Positions 1 to 13,131 of a DNA stretch of 64,000 nt are shown one piece after another (the stretch's first letter is position 1; every line of letters begins with the position of its first letter). The notes under the pieces were generated by a model. The model was not told the DNA's origin. It was given only the letters and a program-made list of their open reading frames with translations, and did no database searches. The stretch is taken from the NCBI RefSeq assembly GCF_963676685.1, contig NC_092348.1, forward strand, positions 59,148,001 through 59,212,000, given 5' to 3'. The position numbers and the translations under genes are program-made. The stretch is from Mytilus edulis (taxonomy: Eukaryota).

Positions 1-140
1 GTTTATTCTTTAGTTTTCTATGTTGTGTCATGTGTACTATTGTTTTTCTGTTTGTCTTTTTCATTTTTAGCCATGGCGTTGTCAGTTTGTTTTAGATTTA
101 CGAGTTTGACTGTCCCTTTGGTATCTTTCGTCCCTCTTTT
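1..140 (+). repeat. 3' part of the same repeat, cut by the window edge
   Basis: tttagttttctatgttgtgtc...tttagccatggcgttgtcagtt...ggtatctttcgtccctc matches 17399-17520. Confidence 0.8.
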
Positions 141-1254
141 CGTTCCGCTCGGCTAATTTTTGCCAAAATTAAGGCTTTACAATTTTGAAATTGTTGAAAA
201 TCACACGGGGCCATTCGTGTTGCTTTAGGTATTATAAAAAGTGGTAAAATTAAAATAATTATGTTAGTATTGCCGCATACATGTATGGCAGATTAAATAT
301 AGTTCTGATTTTTTATAACAAAGAATAGATATTTTTCACTGAGAACAATGCTGTGTTAAGAAAAGTGCTGATTCATCATAATAAGTCAAACTGATGGGTA
401 CTGATATAAATTTTTATTCTATGATTTCAATATAAACTCTATTGTATAAAATGCACCAAACTATAGTTCTTTGTACTTGTTTTCAACTTTTGCAATGATT
501 ACATCAGAATTAAAGTTGCGACGAATATTTTTAACTTAAACTTTTGCCTTTTTTGCTGTTATTTCATAAATGTTTCACTTACGTATTTATCTAGACATTG
601 TCTATCAAAATGGGAAATTGTCTGGTTTAGTTTGTACCGTTTATGGAGTAAGATAATATTTGATCATACTAGAAGATTATCCGTGTTAAAGTTGTCCATC
701 TAAGAAAAAAGAGTCCCACTTGAGACTAAATTTAGATAGAATTTATATTCTCCTGTGTAAAAAATTGTTCACATTCTTTACTTAAAGATTAAGAATTTAT
801 TTTGTAATACCAAAGATTTATTTACAATACAATTTCAGTTGTTTTATCTTTAAGCATTTATTTACCATATGTTATGTTATGTTTAATTTACAGAACAGTG
901 TTTATAGTTTATCAGATATTTTATTTATACAGACAATGCTTAATAAATATTTTGATGCTCCTTTACTTTTATATATAAAAATGTGAGTACAATACACATG
1001 TGTACAAATAGGTTGTATATATGCATTGATCATGTACAGTTTATACATTATGTTGGTCAGTATTTTTTTTTTATATGATTATTATTTAAACTTACAAACA
1101 TATGTTAAAGCACTGTATTAAGTTATTTTGTTTTAGACTCAATTGTGGTTTTTTTTCTTTTAAGTTATTCCCCCCCCCCCACAGAAATCACAAATGTATG
1201 TATTGGGAAGAACATTTAGACCTTTAAACATTTAAAATTCAGATAATATATAAG

Positions 1255-1825
1255 TATATGAACTTCTCTGGCTGTTTATGACGTCTTTACATTAAATCCA
1301 TTAATGTTTACGGATTGATAGTTTAGTCTTTGGTGCATAATTTTTCAGTTAGTTGTTAGTGGATTTGAACAAGATGTCAGATAACTGCTATTACTTTCAG
1401 ATCTGTTCATTGTGTCTTTTTGTGTCGGGATGTACAAGTACCCGGCCACGTTCACTTATATTTTTGTCCATATGTTGAGTTAAACTTTTTCAACATATTT
1501 TTATAGTTCGTTTTTATGTTGTACTGTTATACCACTGTCCCAGGTTAGGGGGAGGGTTGGGATCCCGCTTACCAGTTTAACCACGCCACATTATTAATGT
1601 ATTAATGTATGTGCCTGTCCCAAGTCTGGAGCCTGTAATTCAGTGGTTGTAGTTTGTTTGTGTGTTACATTTTGGGTTTTCGTTCTTTTTTTTATATATG
1701 AATAAGGCCGTTAGTTTTCTCGTTTTACATTGTCTTATCGGACCTTTGATAGCTGACTATGCGGTATGGGACTTGTTCCTTGAAGGCCGTACGGTTACCT
1801 ATAGTCGTTAATGTCTGTGTCATTT
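1255..1825 (-). repeat. Longest copy of the most abundant dispersed repeat family in the window
   Basis: Core gccaatgagacaactctcca...ataggtcaccgtacggccttcaacaatgagcaaagcccataccgcatagtcagctat...aaacgagaaaactaacggcc. Related pieces near 2800, 3830, 10270, 12370, 14135, 18085, 27995, 28550, 33145, 37880, 38850, 40745, 49880, 58085, 62110 and 63160. Confidence 0.75.
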
Positions 1826-2099
1826 TTTTATTTTATTTTATTTGTGTTTTTATATTTTATTTTATTTCAAGATAGGGTAGAGGGAATTTTATTTTACTAA
1901 TATTGATAAATCGCATTGAAAAGACTTTTAACACTTTAAAGAAGTAAAACTAATTTAAAATACGTCGAAATAGAACAAAAATATTTCAAATAAAATACAC
2001 ACACACAAATAACAAAAAAGGCCCGGAAAACACTCCCAAAACGCCTGTGGATGATTTCCAATACGGTCTTTAGTTATGTCGTACTAAGTAACTACAATC

Positions 2100-2392
2100 T
2101 CGTTATATTTTCACGAAAGTGACTTACCGAATTAAGACTATTTATCGGGTTTGTAATAGCACGAGCAACACGGCGGGTGCAACATGTGGAGCAGGATCTG
2201 CTTACCCTTCCGGAGTACATGAGATCACTCACAGCTTTTAGTGGGGTTCGTGTTGATAAGACTTTAGTTTTCTATCTTGTGGCTTGTGTTTATGGTTTGT
2301 CTGTTTGTCTTTTTAATTTTCAGCTATGACGTTGTCAGCTTATTTCTATCTATGAGATTGAATGTCCCTCTGGTATATATCGTCCCTCTTCT
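2100..2392 (+). repeat. Copy of the same retroelement 3' UTR repeat
   Basis: tttcacgaa.gtgac.taccgaatt...gggtgc.acatgtggagcaggatctgcttacccttccggag...ccctctggtat matches 17240-17520. Confidence 0.8.
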
Positions 2393-4529
2393 CTAATAAA
2401 CTGCCAGCTACGACTACAGATTATAGCAAATGAAGTTAATACGTCTGAAAGAGATGCAATTTATATGACGGTTTATGACTGTTCAGATCTCAAATAACCT
2501 TTCCGAGACATTCAATCTTTTGTTTTAAACCTTGATTTTTTTGTAATTTGATTACTTACTACTATATGGTAAGATAATGCTTTGGATGCATACAATTATA
2601 CTTAAAAATAACAGTCTTATCCTGAATGTAAATAATGCTTTTATATGTTCGCGTGACAGTCACAAATTGGTATTTCTTCTGTGGTTTGCACAAACAAAAT
2701 ATTCTATAACGGAGACACTTATCCTCAGTGTTCAATGTCACATGAAAAGCAAGCCGTATTAAGGGAGGTAATACAAAACTAAAGGAAACACTTTTCAGAC
2801 TTCAAATCTACTATGTGGCAACAATTCAAAAGAAAAAGTAACGGCCTAATTTTAAAATATACTTAAATTTGAGAAAAACAAATTTGAAATACAGTAACAA
2901 ACGACAACAACTGAAATACAGGCTCCTGACTTCGGACAGGCACATACATGCTAAGGCGGGGTTAAACGTGTAAATTGAGGCCATAGCCAGCAATAAGTAG
3001 TGTTTTTGCTAATTAATATTCATAATATGTAAATGAGAACTGTACCACGTGATAGTAGTTTGAACTGGACTCGTTTGATAGGCTTGGTATCAATAAAATC
3101 TTTAAAACACGGATATTATAAGTTGCCCGTCACAGAGTCCTTATTTACAATCACTTTGATATTTCCGTAAAGTTGTCAGGCAGTCAAAATCAAAACAATG
3201 AACGCGAATTTAGTGAATTTTTCGTGCTTTCGTGAGATTATTCTTCTTGAAATAGTGACATTTTAATTTTACGTGGGAACCTAGAGTTCAACGACTACAC
3301 ATACAAGGTTTGGACTTGCTTATTCTTTGGAAATTCAATTTTCAAATTTCACCCCGGCAACATGTTTTTGTAATAACCTTGTAAGCCAATTCTCAACACG
3401 AAGTTGGCAAATTTGACGTTTCAGCCATTTTAGTCTGTATTTTACACTGCAATCTTAAAAGCCTCTCGCTTCGATTTTTAAAAAGCTCAGGAACCTGTAT
3501 TTTTGCTACAACAGTCATTATGTTTCGTTTAAATGGTGTATATTGTTGTGTATATTCATTTTCTGCCCCGGCAACCTGTCTCACTTAAATTAAAATTTAA
3601 AAAAAAACATTTTTTCAAAATTCCCTATCATTTAAATGTAATTTCCGTGACCCGTATCCGATTTCTTTAGTATAATATTCAAAAAAGCAAAGTGGCGTTG
3701 ATTTCTGGATATGCCCAACCCTCCACTAACCTGAGACAATGGTGTACATGTAACAGTACAACATAAGAACCAATGATGAAAATCTAGTTGAAAAAGGCTT
3801 GACTCATCTAATGGAGACACATAGAAACACATATAACAAAATGGACGTGACTGGGTACCTGTTCATCCAAACAAAAACAAAAGACACTTAGTACATATCC
3901 GAGAGTCATCGCAGTTACAGACAGGTAGTAAGCACATATTAACTAATATAAAAGAAAATCATTCATCTAAGACTAAGCAAGCATTTTTCTGTATTTTAAT
4001 TTTATTATTGTCATTTAAATAGATGGAAACTAATTATTGACATTTAAAGGAAAGTCAGAGATACAGTTGACAAAATTTACACAAAAACTTTATGTACGAC
4101 GTATATTTTTCATATATAAAAGAAAGTGTTTCATGGATAAATTGTTGTAAGCAAAAAATTCGGTTGAACTAAAGGCTCGTGAAAATCATGAACGCATTAT
4201 TTGTTTACTTACTAATAAAACACTGGGAGTTAAAATAAAATCCTACAAATGGTTTGATCGAATGCATTGGAAGAAAGAACGTAAACCAGCACCATGACAA
4301 CAGAAAAGGACGAAAAGACAACCAACAGTGCACACAATACTTTTTCAGACTCAAATATCTGTCTGTATTCTATCTAGTGTTTATTTTGAAATGTTTACTT
4401 TTTAAGGGGTCATACCGGTAGCATATATATTAGAATAAGTAAAACATGCGGAAACAAGAATGTGTCCCAGTATAGTACATGGATGCCACATCGGCAGTAT
4501 ATTTACTGAGCTTCGAAATTATTTGACTT

Positions 4530-4810
4530 CAACTTCTTCAAACACTACCTAGCTCGACCAAAAACTTTCACCTGAAGCGGGACAGACGGACAGTTCACAA
4601 GCTGTATATGCCCGCGATTTCGCGGGTGTGTTCTAGCTATTTAAAACTTTGAATAAACTATAAATCGTTTTTACTCACTGTCACTTCATTTCAGTCATTA
4701 CTAGAATACACCCACGTGCATCCGTGCGTTCGTTCGATCGTCCGTCCGTCCGTCTGTCTGTTCCGCTTCAGGTTAAAGATTTTGGTCGAGGTAATTTTTT
4801 ATGAAGTTGA
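4530..4810. repeat. Inverted pair of HINE/pearl-type repeat fragments with a GACA/GACG microsatellite
   Basis: ctcgaccaaaaactttcacctgaagcgggacagacggac (4553-4591) is the reverse complement of ~4749-4790. Confidence 0.6.
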
Positions 4811-5196
4811 ATACCTGCCTTTATACTGAAAGCAGCAGCAGAACAACTTGCTCCTTTACTCACAGACCTATATCAAACATCATTAAACACTGGTGAAGTC
4901 CCGCAAAATCGGAGAAATGCCAATGTAGTTCTACTTTTTATAAAAGACGAAAGGGACCTAGCATCTAACTAAATACTAGTATCTCTAACTTCCATCACAT
5001 GTAAGGTCTTAGAACATATAGTACATAACAATATCATGGACCACTTTGACAAAAATAAAATACTAACTTATTCACAACACGGATTCCGCAAAAGACGATC
5101 ATACGAATCTAAACTAATCGTAACCATCAACGACATTGCATCAAAATTGAAAAGCAGCGGCCAAGTAGACATCATCCTGCTAGACATTGCAAAAGC
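4811..5196 (+). pseudogene. CR1-group LINE reverse transcriptase fragment
   Basis: IPAFILKAAAEQLAP..TSLNTGEVP..VSLTSITCKVLEHIV..SQHGFRK..DIILLDIAKA, with an in-frame stop. Confidence 0.85.
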
Positions 5197-5314
5197 AATT
5201 GTTATTATGTACAATTCCTAAAATGTTTACTGATATATTTATTTTCATATTATACACATTGACTGATATATATATATATACATTCAATGTGCAAATATAT
5301 AGACTATATGTTAA

Positions 5315-5934
5315 AGGTGCCTAGGTACGAGATAAATGAAGAATTTATTAAATATATTTCATTTGTTCAAAATTTTATTAGAGTGAAATATCGAAATAAT
5401 AATTTGCTTCTAGCAGCCAGTATGATTCAATTTTGTCAACTCAGAAACATTGATGATGAAACATTACTATTATAATTCGACCTCATTGAATCCGTATGCA
5501 TGTGAACTTCAATGTGTCACGTTAATTTGCGATTATTAACGCATGAAATGTGCATGCTCATTTATTTAAAGGAAAAGAATGTCAACATTGAAAGTGAAAC
5601 AAAGGTTGATAATTTGATTGCTTGATTCGATCCACAAAAATATTTCTAATACAGGTAAAAACGAAAATTAACCCTTTATTTTTAATTTGAAATTTTAAAA
5701 CAGACATAGAACGATCCAAGTCCACGAGTTCGCTGCTATCTATTTATATATATATTTATGTTTTTATCTATATTAAGATTTATATCACTCTTATGACCAT
5801 TTGAGGTCTTCAGAGTTCAACATTATAGTTAATTAGATTGCATTCAGACTTTTGGATAACTGTTTTGCATTGTTACACTCAAATATAAGAATTTAAGTCA
5901 AATCGTGATCACAAATTTGACAGCTAGTGTCCCT
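5315..5934. mobile_element. Decayed Kolobok-like non-autonomous element
   Basis: TTAA|AGGTGCCTAG ... CTAGTGTCCCT|TTTA: short degenerate TIRs in a TTAA-like site. Confidence 0.45.
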
Positions 5935-6594
5935 TTTATGAATATCTGTTGCATAACTTATATTTATAATAGAAAGTGTCTATCATTATGTTTCAAAAGG
6001 ACATCCTTTATAAGGAAATAAATGTTCGTTGACATTAGTTCTTTGCCGTTCAAACACACAATATTTAATTTATTTTCCACTTTTTAATCACTCTCTACAT
6101 GTAATCTGATATGATACCCACATTTAAAGTCTTACTTGTTTGTCAACTTCAACGTCGAGTATTTCGTAACAGGTCTTAAAAATTATCCTGACTTGACATA
6201 TATTATATAATTTCAATATTTTTTTATTTCATTCAATACTATTTTTTTATTTCATTCAATACTATTTTTTTAAATCAGTAAATTTTTTTGATATGTAGAC
6301 ATTGCACTTGAGAACTCAAGGGGTAAATTTGTTAAATCATGATTCATAAGCATACTTCTATTTATAAAGCATTCAAAATCATCCATCTGAAACACAGTTT
6401 AAAAAAAACCCACAACCACCCCCTTTATGAAAAGTTTAACTTCAAACTTTCATTAAACATTGATGAGTATAGTATGATTGATTCAAAATCTATTTTCTAG
6501 CACAATTAAATCTAATATTGTGAAGAATGAATTAAATCAACTGCTAAATATTTGAAATAAAACGGAAATACTTATAGGCATACAGCAATTTAAC

Positions 6595-9147
6595 ATGAAA
6601 ACGAAAGAGACAACATCCCTGTTCGCTCTGTCGATCATCACAACAGTAACATTTGTGAAACCAGTATTTCACTGTACATACAAGTGGAATGAAAAACATA
6701 AGCTGGTCGCCAATTGTGAACATCAAGGATTGACATCTGTGCCAAGGAATCTAAGTCGAGATATACAGGAGTTAATACTTTCAAATAACTTGATAAACAT
6801 ACTCAAAAACAATTCATTTATCAAATATTCAAACATGGAAAGGCTGATTTTAAGCAAGAATAAAATATATGAAATTCATGAGGATGCCTTTGTAGGACTT
6901 AATTCGCTTACAGTTTTGAAGGTAAATGATAATTTGATCAACATCACAATTCTCCCAGAAGGAGTATTCAGACATCTTAGTAATTTAATTGCACTGGATA
7001 TAAGTAAAAATAAAAAGCAATTGAATGAAAGCTATCAGTTTATTTATCCCGATGTCACATTTTCTAGATTGGAACACTTGCAGAATCTCTCAATTGATTT
7101 ATACATGTATCCTGTATTCGGTAGAGGATTTATAAAACTTCACAACCTCACCTCATTGGATTTTCATAAATGTTATTTGCGAAATAGTATTGGATTTAAG
7201 CTATGGAATTCAACCTTTGAAAACTTTTCATCAAATCTGAAAGAACTTTATATCAGAGGCTGTCGTCATCTTTTCCTGATGGAATATGGATTACTTGAAC
7301 ATTTTCCTAACTTAAAAATTTTAGACTTATCAAATTCGTACGTACACTTATATCAAGCATTGCGCATTCTTCATCCATATCAGAATAAAAAAATGTCCGT
7401 TATAAACTTTCACCACATAACCGATAGTTCAATCAATGGAAATGATTTTCCTTACTCTGTTGTTATAACAGCAGAAATGATGAAATATATAAGAACTATT
7501 TGTATAGAGTCATTGGACTTGTCGAAAACAGGAATCGTAGATTACCAGGAAAAATCTTTATTTTCGTTCGAGCACCCAAAATGCTTCAAAACCTTTATTA
7601 TGTCTGCTAATAGACTACCGGCAACGATTACAGACCACTACTTTGAAGTAGTTGAATTCATGAAACGTGCTGCTAATATTAAGGTCTACGATTTTTCATA
7701 CCTAACTTCAGATTATCCTGATCCCGTTTATTTAAACGTATACCATCCTGAAACTTTGGATCCTTTTGAAAAAAGAATTCACAACGTTTATTTTTCACCG
7801 GAAGTCAGTATTTTCCTTCCACCGTCTTTAGAATTTCTTCGATTTACTCACACTTCATCAGTCTTTAGTACAGCGTTTATCATATGTTCGAACACCTCGC
7901 TAAGATATCTTGATGTGTCATTTGGTGTCTACAAGCATTTTCCGAATGGGACAGACAGCTGTGGAAAGCAGTTGGAATACTTAGACATTTCAGGAAGTCC
8001 TAAGGCAATCAAAACATTTCCCAGAATTCCCCTGCCAAAACTCGACATCTTAAAAATGGCACATGCACGCATAGACCAATTAATTTTAAAAGGTAAGGAA
8101 TGGATGGTATTCCGAGCACCAAATTTGAGAAAAATAGACATATCTTTCAATAACATTTGGATATTGGAGGAAACAACATTTGTAAATCAGCCAAATATTA
8201 CGCATTTAAACCTGTCAAATAATCTATTCAGGGCCATTCCTACCTTTGTTAAACACCTACACAAATTGGAATATTTAAATCTTTCTAACAATTTGATTGT
8301 TTCCATTAATGATACCATGAGGCGTTGGCTGGATAATGTGTCTTCAAATCGAAAGTTTGTCCTGGACTTGAGTAACAACGATTTGGTGTGTTCGTGTGAT
8401 ACGGTAGACTTCCTTTCGTGGATAGAGAAAAAGAAAGAAATATTTTATGATGCTGACAATTATACATGTACATACACAAAGAAAAGCGAACAAGTCCCAT
8501 TAAAGAAAGTAATAAAAAATAAAAAGAAATACTTTTTATATTGTGAAATAAATATGTGGCTACTTCCTTTATGTATATCAGTTGGAAGTGCGTTTGGTAT
8601 ATTCATACCTCTTTCTCTGCTTTATAACTATAGATGGAAAATAATTCTTCACATGTATAGAAAAGTGAGGCGCGTTGTTGAGAACAATTTACATGAAAAC
8701 TATATGTACGACGCATATGTTTCTTATGAAGACAGAAGCGTAACATGGATTCAAGAGTTTCTTCTCCCAAAAATTGAAGATGAATGGGGGTTGAAAGTGT
8801 TTTTACATGATCGAGATATTCTTCCTGGTGATCTAACAGCAGATGCGAAAGCAGAATCTATTAAAAAAAGCAGACATTTTGTTTTCATCATTACTGAACA
8901 TTTTACCGAAGGAAAATGGGGAAAATTTGAAATAGAAAGAGCAGTGTACGAAAAATGTACTACAAACCTGAGAAAAATAATTGTTATTTTACAAAACATT
9001 CAAGTTAAGGACATTCCAGAAGAAATTGTGAAGATTTCAAATGATGTTTGCTTTATTGAATTACCATTGGATAAAAACGAAATTTATGACAAAACAGATC
9101 ACCAAAGCACCTGGCTAAAGTTACAAGCTCTGTTTTATCTAAATTAG
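6595..9147 (+). CDS. Toll-like receptor, single exon, single-cysteine-cluster type (850 aa)
   Basis: Hydrophobic N-terminus; LRRNT-like NCEHQGLTSVP; many LxxLxLxxN repeats; LRRCT NDLVCSCDTVDFLSW...YTC...C; TM WLLPLCISVGSAFGIFIPLSLLY; TIR box1 YDAYVSY, BB loop HDRDILPG, SRHFVFII and C-terminal W. Uninterrupted ORF; AATAAA follows at ~9223. Confidence 0.97.
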   Translation: MKTKETTSLFALSIITTVTFVKPVFHCTYKWNEKHKLVANCEHQGLTSVPRNLSRDIQELILSNNLINILKNNSFIKYSNMERLILSKNKIYEIHEDAFVGLNSLTVLKVNDNLINITILPEGVFRHLSNLIALDISKNKKQLNESYQFIYPDVTFSRLEHLQNLSIDLYMYPVFGRGFIKLHNLTSLDFHKCYLRNSIGFKLWNSTFENFSSNLKELYIRGCRHLFLMEYGLLEHFPNLKILDLSNSYVHLYQALRILHPYQNKKMSVINFHHITDSSINGNDFPYSVVITAEMMKYIRTICIESLDLSKTGIVDYQEKSLFSFEHPKCFKTFIMSANRLPATITDHYFEVVEFMKRAANIKVYDFSYLTSDYPDPVYLNVYHPETLDPFEKRIHNVYFSPEVSIFLPPSLEFLRFTHTSSVFSTAFIICSNTSLRYLDVSFGVYKHFPNGTDSCGKQLEYLDISGSPKAIKTFPRIPLPKLDILKMAHARIDQLILKGKEWMVFRAPNLRKIDISFNNIWILEETTFVNQPNITHLNLSNNLFRAIPTFVKHLHKLEYLNLSNNLIVSINDTMRRWLDNVSSNRKFVLDLSNNDLVCSCDTVDFLSWIEKKKEIFYDADNYTCTYTKKSEQVPLKKVIKNKKKYFLYCEINMWLLPLCISVGSAFGIFIPLSLLYNYRWKIILHMYRKVRRVVENNLHENYMYDAYVSYEDRSVTWIQEFLLPKIEDEWGLKVFLHDRDILPGDLTADAKAESIKKSRHFVFIITEHFTEGKWGKFEIERAVYEKCTTNLRKIIVILQNIQVKDIPEEIVKISNDVCFIELPLDKNEIYDKTDHQSTWLKLQALFYLN

Positions 9148-9845
9148 AAAACGTTTTATGTTTGCAACATTCTACGTTTTGAGTTTGTCTTACAAAGTTC
9201 GAAGTTCAACAGTCCTGAAACAAATAAATCAGTTGATAATTATTTTTACATCAGCTTCTGTTTAATTCGTGTTATTGTTTTTAAACGATTTGATGTGTTC
9301 TCATCTTGCGCATAACATAGAGTATTGTCTACCTATCATACAATGAGGTTCCTGTGAAAGTTTCGAATAACAAATATCTCCATTTAGCGATATGGTATAT
9401 TAAAAAGATATACATTGACTTATAATAGTCTTTGTTTGTATCCGATATTTTTGTCCTTTCGAATAAATGTGTTACTCAATTGGCATTATTTTGGTCTTCG
9501 GTATTTTTCTGATATAATGGTTGTACTTATTTGTTAAGTCTTTTTGTGCTACATGTATAGGGATGGTTTGCTATAAAAGTACAATCATTTAATTTTGAAT
9601 CTTGAAATTTGTAATGAAAGTATTTGAGATTCAGTAACTAGAAGACTTTTCATCTATTGAAAAAAAAAATCGTTGTATTATTTCTATCTTGTTTGTCTTT
9701 TAAATGGTGACCGTGTTCGATAGGTGTGTCTTTTTTATGTTGATTCTTTCTTGGAACCATCTGTGCATCTTTGAATTGTAATTCGATAGTGAAATGCTCA
9801 TCTCACTCAAGTTATTTCACGTTAATAGTGGATTGTAACTGACTT

Positions 9846-9894
9846 CCTTGCCATATGTGCCATTAGGCATAGCAAGGACTAAGTAAGTAAGTAA
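9846..9894 (+). mobile_element. Extremely 5'-truncated RTE-type LINE/SINE tail with 11-bp TSD
   Basis: GTAACTGACTT at 9835-9845 and 9895-9905 flank a stem-loop (tgcc-atta-ggca) plus an (AAGT)n tail. Confidence 0.75.
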
Positions 9895-10996
9895 GTAACT
9901 GACTTAATGAACCGAATCAAAGACGAGCAAGAGCCGGGAGCCGTTGATTTGTTGTAGATAATGATATCTTCAAGCTAATATTAGAAAATATTTCTACCAC
10001 GATTATCTTATCTTACATTTGCTTGATAAGTTGGTCATCAGAATCAAATCAAATTTGCAGGAAATCGTTTACTTTACAGTATGCCTATGGCATCATCCGT
10101 AAAAAGCACGAACATGCAAGTGCAACTGTTGTAAAATAAGGGTAACGATAATGGATTCACTTGTATGTTGATTTATTTATTTTTATTTATTTTCTTTTAT
10201 TAGATTTTTCCTTTTATTGATTTTCTTACTGTTGATGTGGCTGTTGAATATTTGGTACAGTTAAAAAAATGATGATGTGATATAAGTGTCCTCTTTTCAT
10301 GAAAGATCACATGAAGTGGATGTTAGCAACTATAAGTCACAGCACGGCCTTTTAACAATGAACAAAACCCATGCATATCATAAACATGTACTAAGCTATT
10401 AAGGGCCCTAACATTACAAAACAAATTTTATCATGACATTTAGGTATTTATTAATATCCCCGCTTGAAATATTCTGTTAAGACAAAGTTGATTAGCATTG
10501 GATATGTAATATCACATAGTGTTGCTACCAAATTACAGGGTACTCGGTCTTTACCAAAGAATTTGACGCAGATTCATATACGATGATTATGTGTTAGGCT
10601 ATATCAAAATGACGATTATTAGAAAGTTGATAAACGGCCAATCTGCAAACACATCACATGGTATGACATGTCATTGAATTCGAAACAAATCACACTCAAT
10701 CTGGTTTCTAGTTCCTGAGATGAATGATACGGATTTTTCGTTAGAAAGACAGACATACACGCGGTGGCTATAACAATATACCCCTCCTTATGTGGGGGTA
10801 TAACAACAAAGGAATACAAAATATGGCAAACAGGAACTAACGACGATCACTAAATTACAGGCTTCTGACTGTAGACAAGCATTTAATAGAAGCCAAAATG
10901 ATACACCAAAAATATTTATTGAGGCACCATACAAGCGTCCTTAATGTTGATCAACACCTTTTATTTACAGAATAGGGTTACTATTTATCCCCTCCT

Positions 10997-11850
10997 ATTT
11001 AGCTCAACAGGACCCAAAGGGTCCCATGTGATTTTATGTCATTACTTGACGTCCGTCGTTGTCAGTCAATGTCGTTAATTATTTTAATGATCTTCACATC
11101 TGAAACTACTGGGACTAATATTCCCAGACGTTAAATGAATGTTCCTTAGGGTATCTAGTTTATAAACTGTATCCAACGTTTTGGCTAAAAAAAAAACATG
11201 CATGGGAATCAAATGCAGTTTTGGGCTTATACCTAAAAAAAACACAACATTTAGAGCAGATCAGAAAGTGGTAGTGTGTGCAATATGTCAAGATCTATTA
11301 GACCTTTAACTTTCAGACGAACCGAACAACCTATTGTTGGGCTGCTGCCACTAAATTGGTAATCTTAAGGAAATTTTGCAGTGTTTTGTTATTATCTTGA
11401 ATATTATTGAATATAAATATAAACTATCAACAGCAAAAATGTTCAAGTAAAATCTACAAACAAACTTTATACACAAAAATTGTCAACTAACAGCATAAAG
11501 ACAATTTGTCACAATTTGTCTAATTTGCTTGCCTTCCTTTAACAAAATCTTCTCCTTCAGAATTGATGATAACATTTCATCCAAACTTGGAATTAATGAC
11601 TTACAGCGTATCTATAGTATAGATTTTGTATTTCATTTCTATGTACGCCAAAAAAACACCAAAGTCACTATGGCTATAATGGAACATGGGTTAAAATATA
11701 TTTTTGTAAAGAAGTTATGACAGACAGTCACACAAAAAACATTTAAATGACATTTGATGTAACTCATTAATATATATTGAAAAGCCAAAATTATCAATGA
11801 TGACAGATTGAAGCACAGAATTACAGGTAAGCGATTCGGGATCTTGAGGT
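10997..11850 (+). mobile_element. Helentron-associated (DINE/HINE-like) non-autonomous element
   Basis: 5' TTTAGCTCAACAG with hairpin ggaccc-aaa-gggtcc, then (CGT)-type microsatellite gtccgtcgttgtc; 3' sub-terminal CAGGTAAGC. Confidence 0.5.
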
Positions 11851-12463
11851 TTCAATTCAAAAACTATTTTAAAAAATAAAGAATGTTTTAATTATCGTTT
11901 CAAATTTTATTGTGTCTTACAGGAATCAAAATGTATTTGAAGGTCGAGGTACAGTAAATGGGCTATTTTCTGCCACAGATTTTAGTAAAACTTTGAATAC
12001 AACATTAATGCACATTCATTAAATATATGTTGCGTGTATTGAGATAATTTAAAACGCATACGAAAGTAATGGCTTGCTAATATGCAAATTGTCCAGTACC
12101 AAAGTCATGGCAGGCTACTATCCAAATAATCCATTGAGACAGACGCTGAAAAGTTTTAGTTTAAATTAGACATTTCGCAAAAATTATGGCAAAAAGTTTA
12201 AGGAATTCAAAATGATAGACAAAAATATGAGGTGAGAGATTAAACAATTATAAAAAAAAAAAAAAAAAAAAAAACCAGTAAAAAATCGACGATAAAGAGT
12301 TTAATATTGTTTCATTAACATTCAGTGCGAATAACGTCCGGACACGCAATAAAAAAAACTAGTGAAAACTATTCAAACGGGAAAACCAACGGTCTAATCT
12401 ATATATAAAAAAAAACAGAAACGAGAAACACTTATGAACCACATAAACAAGCAACAACTACTG

Positions 12464-13131
12464 AAAATCAGATTCCAGACAGGTGCAAAATATTGCAGCG
12501 GGTTTAAACGTGTTAATGATACCAAACCTTCTCCCTTATCTGAAACAATAGTGTAACATCACAAGAAAGAAAGACACTTTGTCTGGATGTATAAAATCAG
12601 GGTACCTGTTCAATTTGACTATCTTTAGTATTATAATACCTCAGTAATTAAACTGAAGGTCCATCAAATATATGCGATATTATACATATCTTGTGGTATA
12701 ATCGCCAATGAGACTGCGCAACAAGGTTGAAAAGTAGACCATTTCAATTCGGTGTTTCTTACAATATCGGTATGAAACAAAACAAATACTTGCAAACAAA
12801 ATCAGATTCCAGACAGGTGCAAAATATTGCAGCGGGTTTAAACGTGTTAATGATACCAAACCTTCTCCCTTATCTGAAACAATAGTGTAACATCACAAGA
12901 AAGAAAGACACTTTGTCTGGATGTATAAAATCAGGGTACCTGTTCAATTTGACTATCTTTAGTATTATAATACCTCAGTAATTAAACTGAAGGTCCATCA
13001 AATATATGCGATATTATACATATCTTGTGGTATAATCGCCAATGAGACTGCGCAACAAGGTTGAAAAGTAGACCATTTCAATTCGGTGTTTCTTACAATA
13101 TCGGTATGAAACAAAACAAATACTTGCAAAC
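12464..13131 (+). repeat. Tandem duplication, 2 x 334 bp, apparently identical
   Basis: aaaatcagattccagacaggtgc starts at both 12464 and 12798; I saw no differences. Confidence 0.93.

Noticed and set aside
6300-6440. Possible TATA or NF-kB promoter motifs upstream of the TLR
   Set aside because: Such matches are expected by chance in AT-rich DNA, and an upstream non-coding exon cannot be excluded.
7929-8999. Minus-strand ORFs within the TLR
   Set aside because: These are antisense shadows of a long coding frame with no recognisable motifs.
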